Below, in pieces: positions 29,256 to 42,505 of a stretch of DNA of 64,000 nt. The notes beneath the pieces are model-generated. The model did no database searches, was not told the DNA's origin, and saw only the letters and a program-made list of their open reading frames with translations. The stretch is taken from assembly GCF_001194135.2 (NCBI RefSeq), contig NC_069006.1:23026976-23090975 (forward strand), in the 5' to 3' direction. The translations under genes were made by a program, and so were the position numbers. How positions within the stretch are numbered: the stretch's first letter is position 1; every line of letters begins with the position of its first letter. The stretch is from Octopus bimaculoides (taxonomy: Eukaryota).

Positions 29256-32200
29256 TGTCCATTTACTGGCAATTTTGACAGGCAGAGCTGACACATGGCC
29301 ATCAACCAGCTGATAATAGCAGACAAATCTCAGTCTTAAATAAAGAAAATATTGAGCAGTATGGTTCCTGATGTATGACTGATGGGGTTGTCACAATTGG
29401 AACACCTTCCATCATAGTTTTGCTCAACTATAACTGATATGGGATCAATGGAATAAGTCCCTGTCAAGTACTGGTGTCATTCTTCAATGTTATATTTGAA
29501 GCCTTACTCCAAAATTGGAACCATTATTATTAGTATTATTATTGAAGGTTGTGATGTCCAGATAGGTTGAGGATGGATAAAATGCCTTAACATTTTAAGC
29601 TCAAATCCTGCCAAAGTCATCTTCATTTTTTTGTCCTTTCAGGAATAAAAATAGGTACTGCTTAAGGACAGTTTAAACAATTGTACCCTTCATGTAAAAT
29701 ACGTGGCTTTGTGTCTGTATTAGAAATGTACAAACCAATGAGAAACTCTGTATTTGGTTATAATACCTGCTAGAAATAGCTACCATAAGTCACTCAAATT
29801 GTAGCATACTGTCTAAAAACAAATAAATGGACACACTGGAATGTCTAACCCCTGGTATGCAAAACAAATTGGATGGTCATTACTGCAATGCCATTGATAA
29901 TAATGGTTAGATAACCAGAACAATATTGCAAATCAATATGGAAGAGTCAACTAAGTCGTATAATGTGCCAGAAATAGTAACTATTGTTTCTTGTCTGTTT
30001 GCAAGGTGTGCTCCTGGATTCACAGGCAACCCGAGAGAACCCAGAGGATACTGTAGAGAACGAGATGGTAACTATAACACTGTATTATATTTTTATCCCT
30101 CTGCATACACTCTTGCTCTCTTCTGCAACATCTGCATATGCATTCTATTTTTACACACACATACACACATACTTACTCTTTTACATATATGCTTTCATAT
30201 GCACATATACACTCTTTTACACACACACTCTCTTATGCACACATGCATATATGCATTCTCTTATCTCACATGGACAAACACTCTCTTATACATGCACACA
30301 CATACACTCCTTCTTACACACTCCCATTTTGGCAATTTTCTCTTCACCTTCCATCCCCTCTCACCTATATCTCATTTTCTTTATTCCTACCCTTTTCTCT
30401 TTACAGATAGCTTGAGTCCTCAAGTAACCGTAAGTCCTCTCCGTAGCAGTGAAGTGATAGGACAAGTTGCAGTCTTCCACTGTCGAGTCACAGGCCAAAG
30501 ACCTATCTCTGTTGTGTGGCGAAAGGTTGATGGCACACCACTGCCCAACAGAGCAGAGCAGAATGATGAGCATGACTTGATCATCAATAACATTGCACCT
30601 TCAGACAGTGGACGCTATGTTTGTACAGCCAACAGTATTTATGGAACTTCCCAACAATATGTCGAGCTTGTGGTCATCAGTAAGTTCTATTTGTCTCCTT
30701 TTCTTCTTTGCTGCTCATTTCCTTATTTCCAATTCCTCTTCTCCATTGCAAGTTTTACATTGTAGGTTGTGTTCTAGCTTGTATAATCTCGTTTCTGTGC
30801 ATAACTGGGACTAAAGTATTTATTATGTACTAGAACCACATTATACAATCTTTAGTATCAATTTAATCGACTGATGCTGGTGTCTGTCATCTCCTTTATG
30901 AGGTTCAGTCTCCTAAGAGCATCTTTCATTACCACTTTTTCCTGTCTTCTTTGGTCTTCCTCTTTTATACATTCCTTCCCCCTGAATCACATGTCACTTC
31001 TTCACTCTACTATTCTATTATGACCATCTGTTTACCCTTTTTATAAGTGATGAGTATGCAATGTGTGTGTGTGTGTGTGTGTGTGGCATAAAAATCCCAG
31101 CATTTTCAGTTGGTTTATTTGATTTTACTCATTCTGATCTTCAAACAATTCTCTGGACATCAATATAAAACATGTTCTTCCTTGACAGGGACTGGGTCTT
31201 TCCAGGTGCAAATCACAGAACCAAAAGACATAAATGTTCGTCCAGGTAGCACTGTCCAGATGGAATGTACTGTGGTAGGATCACACTCACCAGTAAGTCA
31301 ATAAAGCATTTGTTTCTGTCTGTTACTTTTCCATATTTATTCATTCTTTCTTCCGTTGGAAGATTTGACCTTTCCACCCAGAAAATCGCCAAATCATAAA
31401 GACCTGAGGAAACTAGTGATGGACTGCATCAGCAATTAGCATGTATAAACTGTCCAAAAATGCGATAAATAATTTTACTGTGAGAGAAAGGAAAACGTTT
31501 TAACAATTAGAGGAGTATTCTTTTCTTATCACTTTCCAATAATGGATATTACTTAAGATGATGAACCGGCAGAACCTTTACTGCACTGAGAAAAATGCTT
31601 TGCAACATTTATTCAACACCACAGAAATGTGATCCTTTGAGAATGTCTATACACGGTTACTAAGCCTGCTAGAAAGAGCAACCAAACCTCCTTCAAGCCA
31701 CAACCCTGCCTACTTGAAAAGGGATATATTATACAATGCTGTTCAAGATAAATACTATAGCTGCACAGAATGTGGAATGGTAATAATTAGAATATCTTTG
31801 ATCATAAGTCTAATTGATCAGAACTGACCTAAAGTTAAAAACTCTTAAACTATACACCATTGTTGTTGTAGCCTCAGGTAAATGTAATATAATTAAAGTT
31901 TTTTGGGGTTATTATTTTTAGCACAACAGCATGTCTCCTGAGGGGGTATGATGTTGTCTCCCACGCTTCCTAAAAGGATTAAAACAATATTACACATTGA
32001 GCTAATGTTATTTTTTCCTCACCACATAATTATTCTTAATCAGATATTTAATGCTCACTGTATTAAATATGTTAGCACTAACTTAATGTTGGTCTTTTTC
32101 TAATTCAGGTTCTTGTGTTGTCATGGAGTAAAGTTGACGGTATCTTACCCACTTCAGCATATGAGAGTGATGGAACTCTGACAATCCGAAACATCCGACC

Positions 32201-33244
32201 TGAAGATGCAGGCGAATATACGTGCACTGGGTCTGATCCTGGTGGCATTGTAACAGATACTGCTTTTATCACTGTCACATGTGAGTATTATGCCCTATGA
32301 ATCAGGATGATTTTTTTTTTTGTTGTTTTATATTGATCCTTCCTACTTAATGTATGTATAAATCAATATATACTGTCCATATTTTGTATGAAACATATCT
32401 CCTGATAACCTTACAAAAATTCTGCTAGACCAACTAAGATATACAAATTTAAATAGAAATCAGAAAAAAATTAATTTTCCTGCATCTTCTATCCTACATT
32501 AAATTGAATGCTAACCTTTTGATGGTAAGATTTTTAATGTGGAATTTTTGAAACAACTTATTCCAGCACAACCTTTAAAGTTCTTGGCTGAAACATTGTC
32601 ACTGTGAATGTTTGTATTTTTTTTTATAGTCAGGAGGAAAGGCGGTGCCTAATACCCTTTACAGAGCATCTAAGACTTTCTTGCATACTGAAATTATTAC
32701 TACATGAAGAGGTTGTGAAATGGCCATAATTCTATGCAAATTATGTGGTTAAATATACCTCCTGATTTTATGTTTATATATATACCTCCTGATTTTATGT
32801 TTATATATATATATCATCATCATCGTTTAACGTCCTCTTTCCATGCTAGCATGGGTTGGACGATTTGACTGAGGACTGGTGCAACCGGATGGCTACACCA
32901 GGCTCCAATCTAATTTGGCAGAGTTTCTACAGCTGGATGCCCTTCCTAATGCCAACCACTCAGAGAGTGTAGTGGGTGTTTTTACGTGTCACCCGCACGA
33001 AAACGGCCACGCTCGAAATGGTGTCTTTTATGTGCCACCCGCACAAGAGCCAGTCCAGGGGCACTGGCAACGATCTCGCTTGAAAACCCTACAAGGCCAG
33101 TCAGGCGGTACTGGCAACGGTCACGCTCAGGATGGTACATCTTATGTGCCACCCGCACAAGAGCCAGTCCAGGGGCACTGGCAACGATCTCACTTGGCTT
33201 GCCGGGTCTTCTCACGCACAGCACATTTCCAAAGGTCTCGGTCA

Positions 33245-33275
<31 letters not shown>

Positions 33276-34070
33276 AACTTTCAGTTTTGCATTCATATTT
33301 ATGTTAAATTTAAAAAAATTATTTACCCATTACTGTTTGATTCTGTTTTCCTTCAGCAAATACTTACCCTCCAACTGCCCAAGTTGAACCAAGGGAACAG
33401 ACTGTTGTAGTTGGCCAAACTGTTGAATTTTTATGCACAGCAACAGGCTTTCCACAGCCAGAATTTCAATGGTATAAAAATGGTCAGCTTATTTCCCGAG
33501 GACCAGTTCTAACTCTCACATCAGTTTCCAAAGATGATGAAGCACAGTATGTTTGCGAGGCCACCAACAAATTTGGCGCAAGCCGAGTAAATGGAATACT
33601 ACATGTCACATCAAGTGAGTATTTCTGCACTAAATGATAGTGATTGATATAACAAACTGAAAAATATCTTACACCTTGAAACATGAGGTCAATAATAAAG
33701 ATATATTAATCTTATGAACGTCTATTTTATATTTTTATTTCTTTCAAGACTAAAATTAAGCTTATTTTTAAATTGCAGGTCGTCCAACATTACAAATTAT
33801 TATCCGACAAGAATCTGTGGTCAAAACTGTCGGAGAAAGTATTCAGTTGGTCTGTTATGTTGAGCAACGTGGTAATCTGATCAATTTAGTATGGAGCAAG
33901 CAAAATGGACAACTACCAGCAAGTAAGAACACTGTCAACCAGTGTGTGTTTGTGTGTGTGCATGTAAGACGTAGTTTGTTACATGTTCATTTTATACAAG
34001 TATGTATGGTATATAGATTATATACATATATATACACACATACATATAAATGCATGCATATATATCTATA

Positions 34071-34112
<42 letters not shown>

Positions 34113-34666
34113 CACATGCATACATACAGGCATTTTATATATACATATACACACACATGTATGTACGTATGTATATGTGTGTGTGTGTATGCACTTTATT
34201 TTGTGGACTAAGACTACCATTGGTTTCATGTTAACAGAAGTCCTTAGCAATTATCAAACCTATAACATGGAATATCGGTGTTCGTCTCCATTTTGGATTA
34301 AAATAATTTAAAACAATTTCAATCCAAAATGGAGATGAACACTGATGTTCCACGTGATAATCTTGATAATTGTTAAGGGCTTCCGTAACATGAAACCAAT
34401 GGTAGCCTTAATCCACAAATAAAGAATCTTAATCTACCAATATAGTGTTGATCACTCATTCTCACTGTTTAATATTTATATATATATGATACATATATNN
34501 NNNNNNNNNNNNNNNNNNNNNNNNNNNNNNNNNNNNNNNNNNNNNNNNNNNNNNNNNNNNNNNNNNNNNNNNNNNNNNNNNNNNNNNNNNNNNNNNNNNN
34601 NNNNNNNNNNNNNNNNNNNNNNNNNNNNNNNNNNNNNNNNNNNNNNNNNNNNNNNNNNNNNNNNNN

Positions 34667-34697
<31 letters not shown>

Positions 34698-35393
34698 TAC
34701 ATATATACATTTTGCTCAGAGCTTCCACATAAATAGACGTAAATACATAATTTTTTTTTTGTATGTAGAGTCTTCCATAAACCTGGAAATACAAAATTAA
34801 AATAATTTTTGTGTTCAATTTTATAGAATCTTCTCAGAGGAATGGTGTCCTTACAATTCCTTTTGCGAAGTCATCAGACTCTGGCGTGTACGTCTGTACT
34901 GGTACCAGTGATATTGGCAGATCAGGATCAAGTACTGTTGTGGTGACCATAACTACAGATTCAAGTATGTAAAGTATATTTTGTTTTTATGTCAAATCGT
35001 CCAACCCATGCTAGCATGGAAAGCGGACGTTAAACGATGATGATGATGTTGTTATTATTATTATTATATATATTGAGACTTATCACATGTGTTAGAAATC
35101 AATAATTGCATGGATTGTCCCGAGATAGTTGAAACTAATTCACTTGTTACCATCATCTTTTCCTTTTCTAGATGTCCGTCCAACTGCACGCATTGAGCCA
35201 GACAGAATGGTTACAATCCCTCAAGGTACTACCGGCACCCTACGGTGTATTGTGACTGGAAGCCCATTACCAACAGTCATATGGACCAAATCAAGAGGAC
35301 AGTTGTCAGACCACCACCAGGTTAATATTTTTCTAAAAAAAAAAAAAAAAATTTTCTTTTGAAACAAATCCCGGAGTCAATGTAATCGAGTGA

Positions 35394-35425
<32 letters not shown>

Positions 35426-36597
35426 GTATGGCAGGCTTCTTTCAGTTTCCATCTACCAAATCCACTCTCAAGGCTTTAGTTGGCCCAAGGCTCACACACT
35501 GGGGCCTAATCCAGATTCTTGTGGTTGGAAGCAAGTTTCTTACCATACAGCCATACCATATAACTGCAAAAGACAAGGATGGCAAAACGGGGTTACGCAA
35601 AGCCAGTAGCTCAAACTGGATTAATATATAAAAATCTACAAAGGTTATTGTGGCAAAGATACCAGATTAGAATTTTACTAAAACTTTCAAGACACATTAG
35701 CAATGTTCCTCCACTTCTTTGATAACTACTTTGCCTCTCTATAATTCTATACTTCTTTCTTTTTTTACAAGGTTTCGGGCAATGTTCTGAGAATCACAGA
35801 AACAATGGTTGAAGACCGTGGAATCTATGTTTGTGAGGCCAGAAATGTTGCTGGTTCTGTTCAGGCATCAGTGATTGTTGAAGTTGAAAGTAAGAGCCTT
35901 TAATTTGTTTTCTGCTTGATCTTCTAGCATTTTTGCTTAAGTGGTGGTATACATCATTGCTTAGATTTCACTTTATGGATAAACCTTAATCAGCTGTTCT
36001 TTTTTTTTTTTTTTCTATTATTATTTTGCTTTGTTAATCTTAACTGAAACCTTGTACTTTTATCTCTGTAGGGAGAGAATTGCCTGCGATAGACCTTTAT
36101 CCAAAAGGAACCCAGAGTATTCAGAGTGGTGGTAGTGCACTGTTCCAATGTAGAGCAACAGCTGGAATTCCATCACCAACAATCACCTGGAAACGGTAAG
36201 ACCTTAGAGATANNNNNNNNNNNNNNNNNNNNNNNNNNNNNNNNNNNNNNNNNNNNNNNNNNNNNNNNNNNNNNNNNNNNNNNNNNNNNNNNNNNNNNNN
36301 NNNNNNNNNNNNNNNNNNNNNNNNNNNNNNNNNNNNNNNNNNNNNNNNNNNNNNNNNNNNNNNNNNNNNNNNNNNNNNNNNNNNNNNNNNNNNNNNNNNN
36401 NNNNNNNNNNNNNNNNNNNNNNNNNNNNNNNNNNNNNNNNNNNNNNNNNNNNNNNNNNNNNNNNNNNNNNNNNNNNNNNNNNNNNNNNNNNNNNNNNNNN
36501 NNNNNNNNNNNNNNNNNNNNNNNNNNNNNNNNNNNNNNNNNNNNNNNNNNNNNNNNNNNNNNNNNNNNNNNNNNNNNNNNNNNNNNNNNNNNNNNNN

Positions 36598-36640
<43 letters not shown>

Positions 36641-39600
36641 GAGTAAGTAAGTGAAATTATGCTAAATACAACTAAATTGAAAAATGTTTTCCCTGCTGGC
36701 CATATCAGCAATTCTGAAAACTTTTGCGTGCAAATTTTACATGAGTGGAAACTTTTTTTAACAGTTTTTACCCTGAGGATCAGCTGTGCAAATTACATGG
36801 GTTTTTATGGTATATATATATGTGCGTATGTTTATATATATATGTATATAACTATGTGTATTTTTATTCTAGTTTTGTGCTTATATTATTGTAATTATCA
36901 AAGGTCTATGTTATCTAATTCAATTTGAATTTGTTGCTTATTTTCTATCTATATTTTCTTTTACTTTGAAGGGTTGGTGATGAGCCTATGCCCAGAAATG
37001 CCCAAATTGCTGAAAATGGTGTCATCCGCTTTACCCAAGTATCCACGCTTGATCAAGGAGGATATATATGTACGGCCACCAATGCTGTTGGCACTGTCAC
37101 CGCTACTGCTACACTTTTGATTAGCGGTCAGTAAAAGCTTTCACTACTTAATGCAATATTGTTGTTGTTATCTGTATCCTAATGTTGATGGAAAACACTC
37201 TGTCAAGACGGAACAAGTAAATTTGGAGTTTGTTCTCCTGTTCCTATATTTTATTACAATAATGAAGCAATACCTGCTAAACTTCTACCTACATATTTCT
37301 TGAGAAAGAAATATGGAATAGGACGTATGAAAGGAAAGGCCTAAAATATGAAATATTTAAGGAATCTTATGAAGTATGAGAACAACCGTACACAATGTTT
37401 CAAATTGAGGTGGGATGTTGTGGATTTGCAGCTAAATCCACTTGAACAGTGATTTATGAACTTGACAGAAAAGCATTAAATGAGTTGTTATGGATATGAC
37501 AGAGGCATGCATGAAAAAGAAAAATGCTGAGAGAAAAAAAGGGAAATCTTCAGTAATTCCTCATAATCACTATTATCGCCTTATCCTCTTTTTCTTTCTC
37601 CTCTCTTTCCCTTCAACAAATCACGGGAAAGCGTTACAATTACATTCCCTCTACCTCACATCATGAACATTTCTTTCTTCCTCTTTTTCTCTAATCACAT
37701 GAAAGCACTACCGATGGACTAAGTAATGCAATGACAAGCAGAATTATTATAAGATATCTATCTTAGGCTGAAAGGAGTTCCATGCTGTATAACCATACCA
37801 TCAGATTACTCTGGATGATGGAATTAACAGGTGGTAGCTGACAAAAAGGAGCATAAGAGCTTTTAAGAGTGCATTCTGAGGTTTTTGCCCTAACAAGATT
37901 AAATGTATATATCTGTATGTATATTTGTATAGGTATTATGTTAGCATATTCTTGCGTGCAATGCATACTGTATGTATTTATACATACATGTGTATATTTC
38001 ATGTATATTCCAGGCCCACCAAAGATTACAGTCACTCCAAGGGGTCCAATACGTGTCAGGGAAGGAGAACGTGTCACTATTGAATGCGCAGCTGAAGGAG
38101 ATCCAAAACCAAATGTCTACTGGACTGAACAAAGGGGATATGATATCAACAGAAGCCCAGGAGTAGTCCAACATGTCGCTGTATTGGAGATCAACCAAGC
38201 TAAACTTTCTGATTCTAGGCATTATGTGTGTATGGCTGAGAACAGTGGAGGAAGAGCTGAAGAAAGGATTCAAGTTATAGGTGAGTTACAGGGCACAATT
38301 TTTATTTCAAGACGGATAATTAAATGTGCTCAAGATCAGAAATATTTTGTGCATGCACACACACATTTGTGTGTGTATGTGTGTGAGAAAGAGAGAGAGA
38401 GAGAGACTTTTCTTAATATAACTTGTTTAGTTTTGCCTCCTTTCTTTCTACAAGCTCCGAAATCTTTATTATATCTCATCTCCAAACCCTGTTCTAAGCA
38501 TTTAGCGAAATCCTTTTTCTCTATATATTGACTTGCCTTCTGTTCCTTCTTGGAAGACATCTTTATCGCTTTGTTCCTTTGAGTTAGAGACCTTCAAGCT
38601 TTAAAACTCAAAAGAATGTTCCTGCAACACCTATAGATTTCAGTTTTGCTTTTGTGTAGATGATAGTTGCTTCTGTTGACAACATTATTCAGCCAAAGTC
38701 TGTGGCTGTGTGTCTGTATTTGTAATGATTATTATCATTATTATTATAGTTGAAAGAAATGATGTCATCACACCACCAGAGGATAACATTCTCAGAGTAA
38801 CTGAAGGTAAAAACGTCATTGTGAAATGTGAATCTCAAAGTAAGTTATTTACCCTGACTCTTTTTATTCTTTTGACAAGAATTTTACTGTCTTATTCTTT
38901 TTCTGTTAATCTTTCCAAAATTAATGAGGATCTATTTATTTGCCATATTTGTGATAGGAGCATCATTATGTTTATCTATGATAATTTATTAGAGAAGAAA
39001 TCAAGCATTATCATAATGATTGTGGGAAATTATTTACGGATGCCATCCACACACAAAAATAACAGTCAATTTTAGGCAACCATATTCAATGTAGTGAGGT
39101 AAAAAAAATCCTCATTAATTAATAATGTTCATCAGATGAAAAGAAGGAAACTTAGCTTAAGGATTAGTATTATTTTAATCTACTCTTGAAAGATAGTCAG
39201 TTTCATTGTTTAAACTGATTAATTATAAAAGTTGTGAAAGGCTTGCATATTAAGACAGTTTTTTTTAAATTAGTAATCATGCTTTTTGTACCTTTGTATT
39301 CAAAACTACAGTTTAACAAATGTAAACTTTAACCAAAACTACAGTTTAACAAATGTAAACTTTAACCAAAACATAACTAATATTTGGAAAAGATTTTAAA
39401 TTTTCTTTTAAAGCTGCTTGTGAAAATGAAATTGATGAAAGGGTTACCTTCTTTAGAGACAACAATAATGTCATACACTTCTTGTAAAAATAACAAACAA
39501 AACATATGCTTTGGAATTATCTACAAACATATAAATTGACAAACCTACTGTTTTATATGTACTGATTGTCAAAACACTAATGAGCTTTTGATCTTTCAGA

Positions 39601-42449
39601 TTTTGGTGGCTCTAGAGTCACTTGGAGAAGACGAAATGGTCCTCTTCCACCTGGACACACTACATCTAATGGAACACTCACCATTCCAAAGATTACCAAG
39701 GACTTTGAAGGCGAATATATCTGTCAGACCAGCACCACCGAAGGCGTGTTTTCGATTAGTTTCATGATTATTGTTTCAGGTAAGACACTTCTGTGTATTC
39801 CACCTGTAATTGACCAGATCATTGATGATAACAATGATAATTTTCACACACTCTATACAACATGCATCTAATAATCTAAAACAACTCAAATTATGCAACA
39901 TATATACTATATAAGATAAAACATTACACACACCACATACAACACAGTGCACACTAATATATNNNNNNNNNNNNNNNNNNNNNNNNNNNNNNNNNNNNNN
40001 NNNNNNNNNNNNNNNNNNNNNNNNNNNNTATATATATATATATTTCATTCCATAATGGCTACCTCTGATGAGCGCAGGGCTACATAATTGGATTGTTACT
40101 TGAGACTCCGTTAAATCCCTAGCACAAAACCAATTGGTAAGATCGGCTGTAATGGATATATGATACTGTACACTTAGGATTATATATCTATAATTGCTTG
40201 TTATATAGGCTTATGTTCTTAAGTGCATTAAACAGGCACTGACTAAAGGACTCACAGCCTATTTGTAAAGTCAAAATAATATTTATTATAAGTAATGACT
40301 GTGATATGTATATGTTATTTGTTACTTTTGTTATTTTAGCTGCAACACGAGTGATTATATCTCCTGCCAATGTGGCAGCAAGAATTGGTGAACCAATGCG
40401 TCTGGTGTGTCAGGCAGAAGGTAGCGGCCCTACTACTCTTGAATGGCAGAAGATAAATGGTGTTATGTCTCCCAATGTGCAAGAACGTGATGGTATCCTG
40501 CTCTTCAGAGAAGTCACTGCTGCTGATGCTGGCCAGTACCGCTGTCTTGCAAGAAGCGCTGGTGGTGTTGCTGAAGGAATAGTTCTTGTAAAGATTGTTG
40601 GTAAGAAATCAGTGATGGTTTTTTTTTCTTTTTTATCTTTTTTTTAACTTTTTTGTTGTTGTTAGTTTTTAGCCCCATATTTTTCTTGCAACTCTGATTG
40701 ATGTGCTTTTGTTTCTCATTGGCTTTTGTAAAGTTTCGATCAATTTTAGAGAGGAGCTTCCCTGACACCCCATTAAGGTTACCTGCCAAATTAATACATC
40801 GAGTGAAGTTTTATCTGTAAAATACTTTCCATCCTTCTGTCTTTTCCAGCTCGTCCAAGTGTCATATTGCCAGATGAAGAAGTTACTGCCCAGCGAGGCC
40901 ACAATGTTGTACTAAACTGTCAAGCCACTGGTAACCCACCACCAACAATCCGTTGGGAGAGAACTGATGGCCCATTGCCAGCTCAACATTACATCAGAAA
41001 TGGTGAACTTACGTAAGTAAAAAAAAAAAAGAAAAATTACATTCACATAGGGTACACCTGACTTGTGCTGTCTTTTTGCTTTTTTCTTTGTTGTTGTTCT
41101 TTAGGCCACAGGTAAAACCTGATTAAGCAGAGCTATGATTCAAAGTATTCCATTTCTATCCAACCTCTCATTTTAGAAATGTCAAGGACTACATACCTAG
41201 TTACCGCTCTATATTTTAAGGTAGTAGGATGTGATTTCTGAGAAATATGACTGCTATTTTTAGCTGGGCAAGTGACCCTGTAAAGGTTCCTAGGAATGTA
41301 GTATATATGTATATGTATGTGATTGTATGATTTGAATTAATCAATCTATGGTGAACATAGTTCATTTCAAAGATACCAACGCTTATGCAAAGGGGGCAAC
41401 AATTATGATTTTACGTTTATCTCCTGTAGTCCACCTCTGTTTTAGCATGTCTATCTCACATACTTTTGTCTTTCTTGTTAAGTCTTTGTTTCTGTCTCCC
41501 TTCAGTATTTATGGTGTCCGTGAAGAAGACCAAGGTCGATACATGTGTATCGCTACAAATGAAGTTGATACCTCCCGTGGTTATATCTACCTCCGTGTTG
41601 CCTGTAAGTTATGACTTCATTTCTTTTTTCTTTCTTGATCTTAATGTATGATCTATTGTCTTCATAGTTAAATGGTGATGATATGATGTTATTATTTAGT
41701 ACACACACACATACACACAGAAAAAAAAAAAAAATAAAACAGACTCCAAAGAGGCTGGTGTTGGTCTGTGTCAACAAGCCTTGTATTATTTAGTAAAATC
41801 AACAAAAAGTGTGCTATGAACTTCCCATGGTGTATATCACCCAAAAACAGGAATAGTTACCCCTGACATGCTTCTACACAGTTTCTATCTCGGAAATTTC
41901 ACTCATGAAGTTTTGGTTTACCTTCAGTTGAAGTAAAAGATGCTCAAGTTATTGTATAGGGGAATGAAACCTGAAGCTATGTAAAACAAACGTCTTGACT
42001 ACACCGTCATACCTATGTCCATATTGAAATCCCATCAGACTATTTTTACAATACTTTGCAGTGTAAAAAAAACAGTCTTTTTTTTTTTTTTTTACACATA
42101 ATGAAGAAAATATAAATGAGAAATGTCTAGTGTCTCTACCAAGAGAACGGTGTGTATTAATAGAATTTTGTATATGAATATTGTGGTAATAAATTGCAGT
42201 TTTTGTTAGGTAATATTTTTCTGCTTATATTTGTTTTCATTACAATATTTCTTTATTCCTTCCACAGCTGTCCGTCCACCGATAACACCTCCCAAAAATG
42301 TGCAGACTGCTGATGTTGGTGACAAAGTTGAGTTTGACTGCATCGTCTCTACAAGTAAGTTATATTTGTCTTTCCTTCAAAACTTTTAATGTAGAAATCG
42401 AAGGGAGTGACCATCACTCTAACCTTAACCATCACCATCATCATCATTT

Positions 42450-42505
<56 letters not shown>

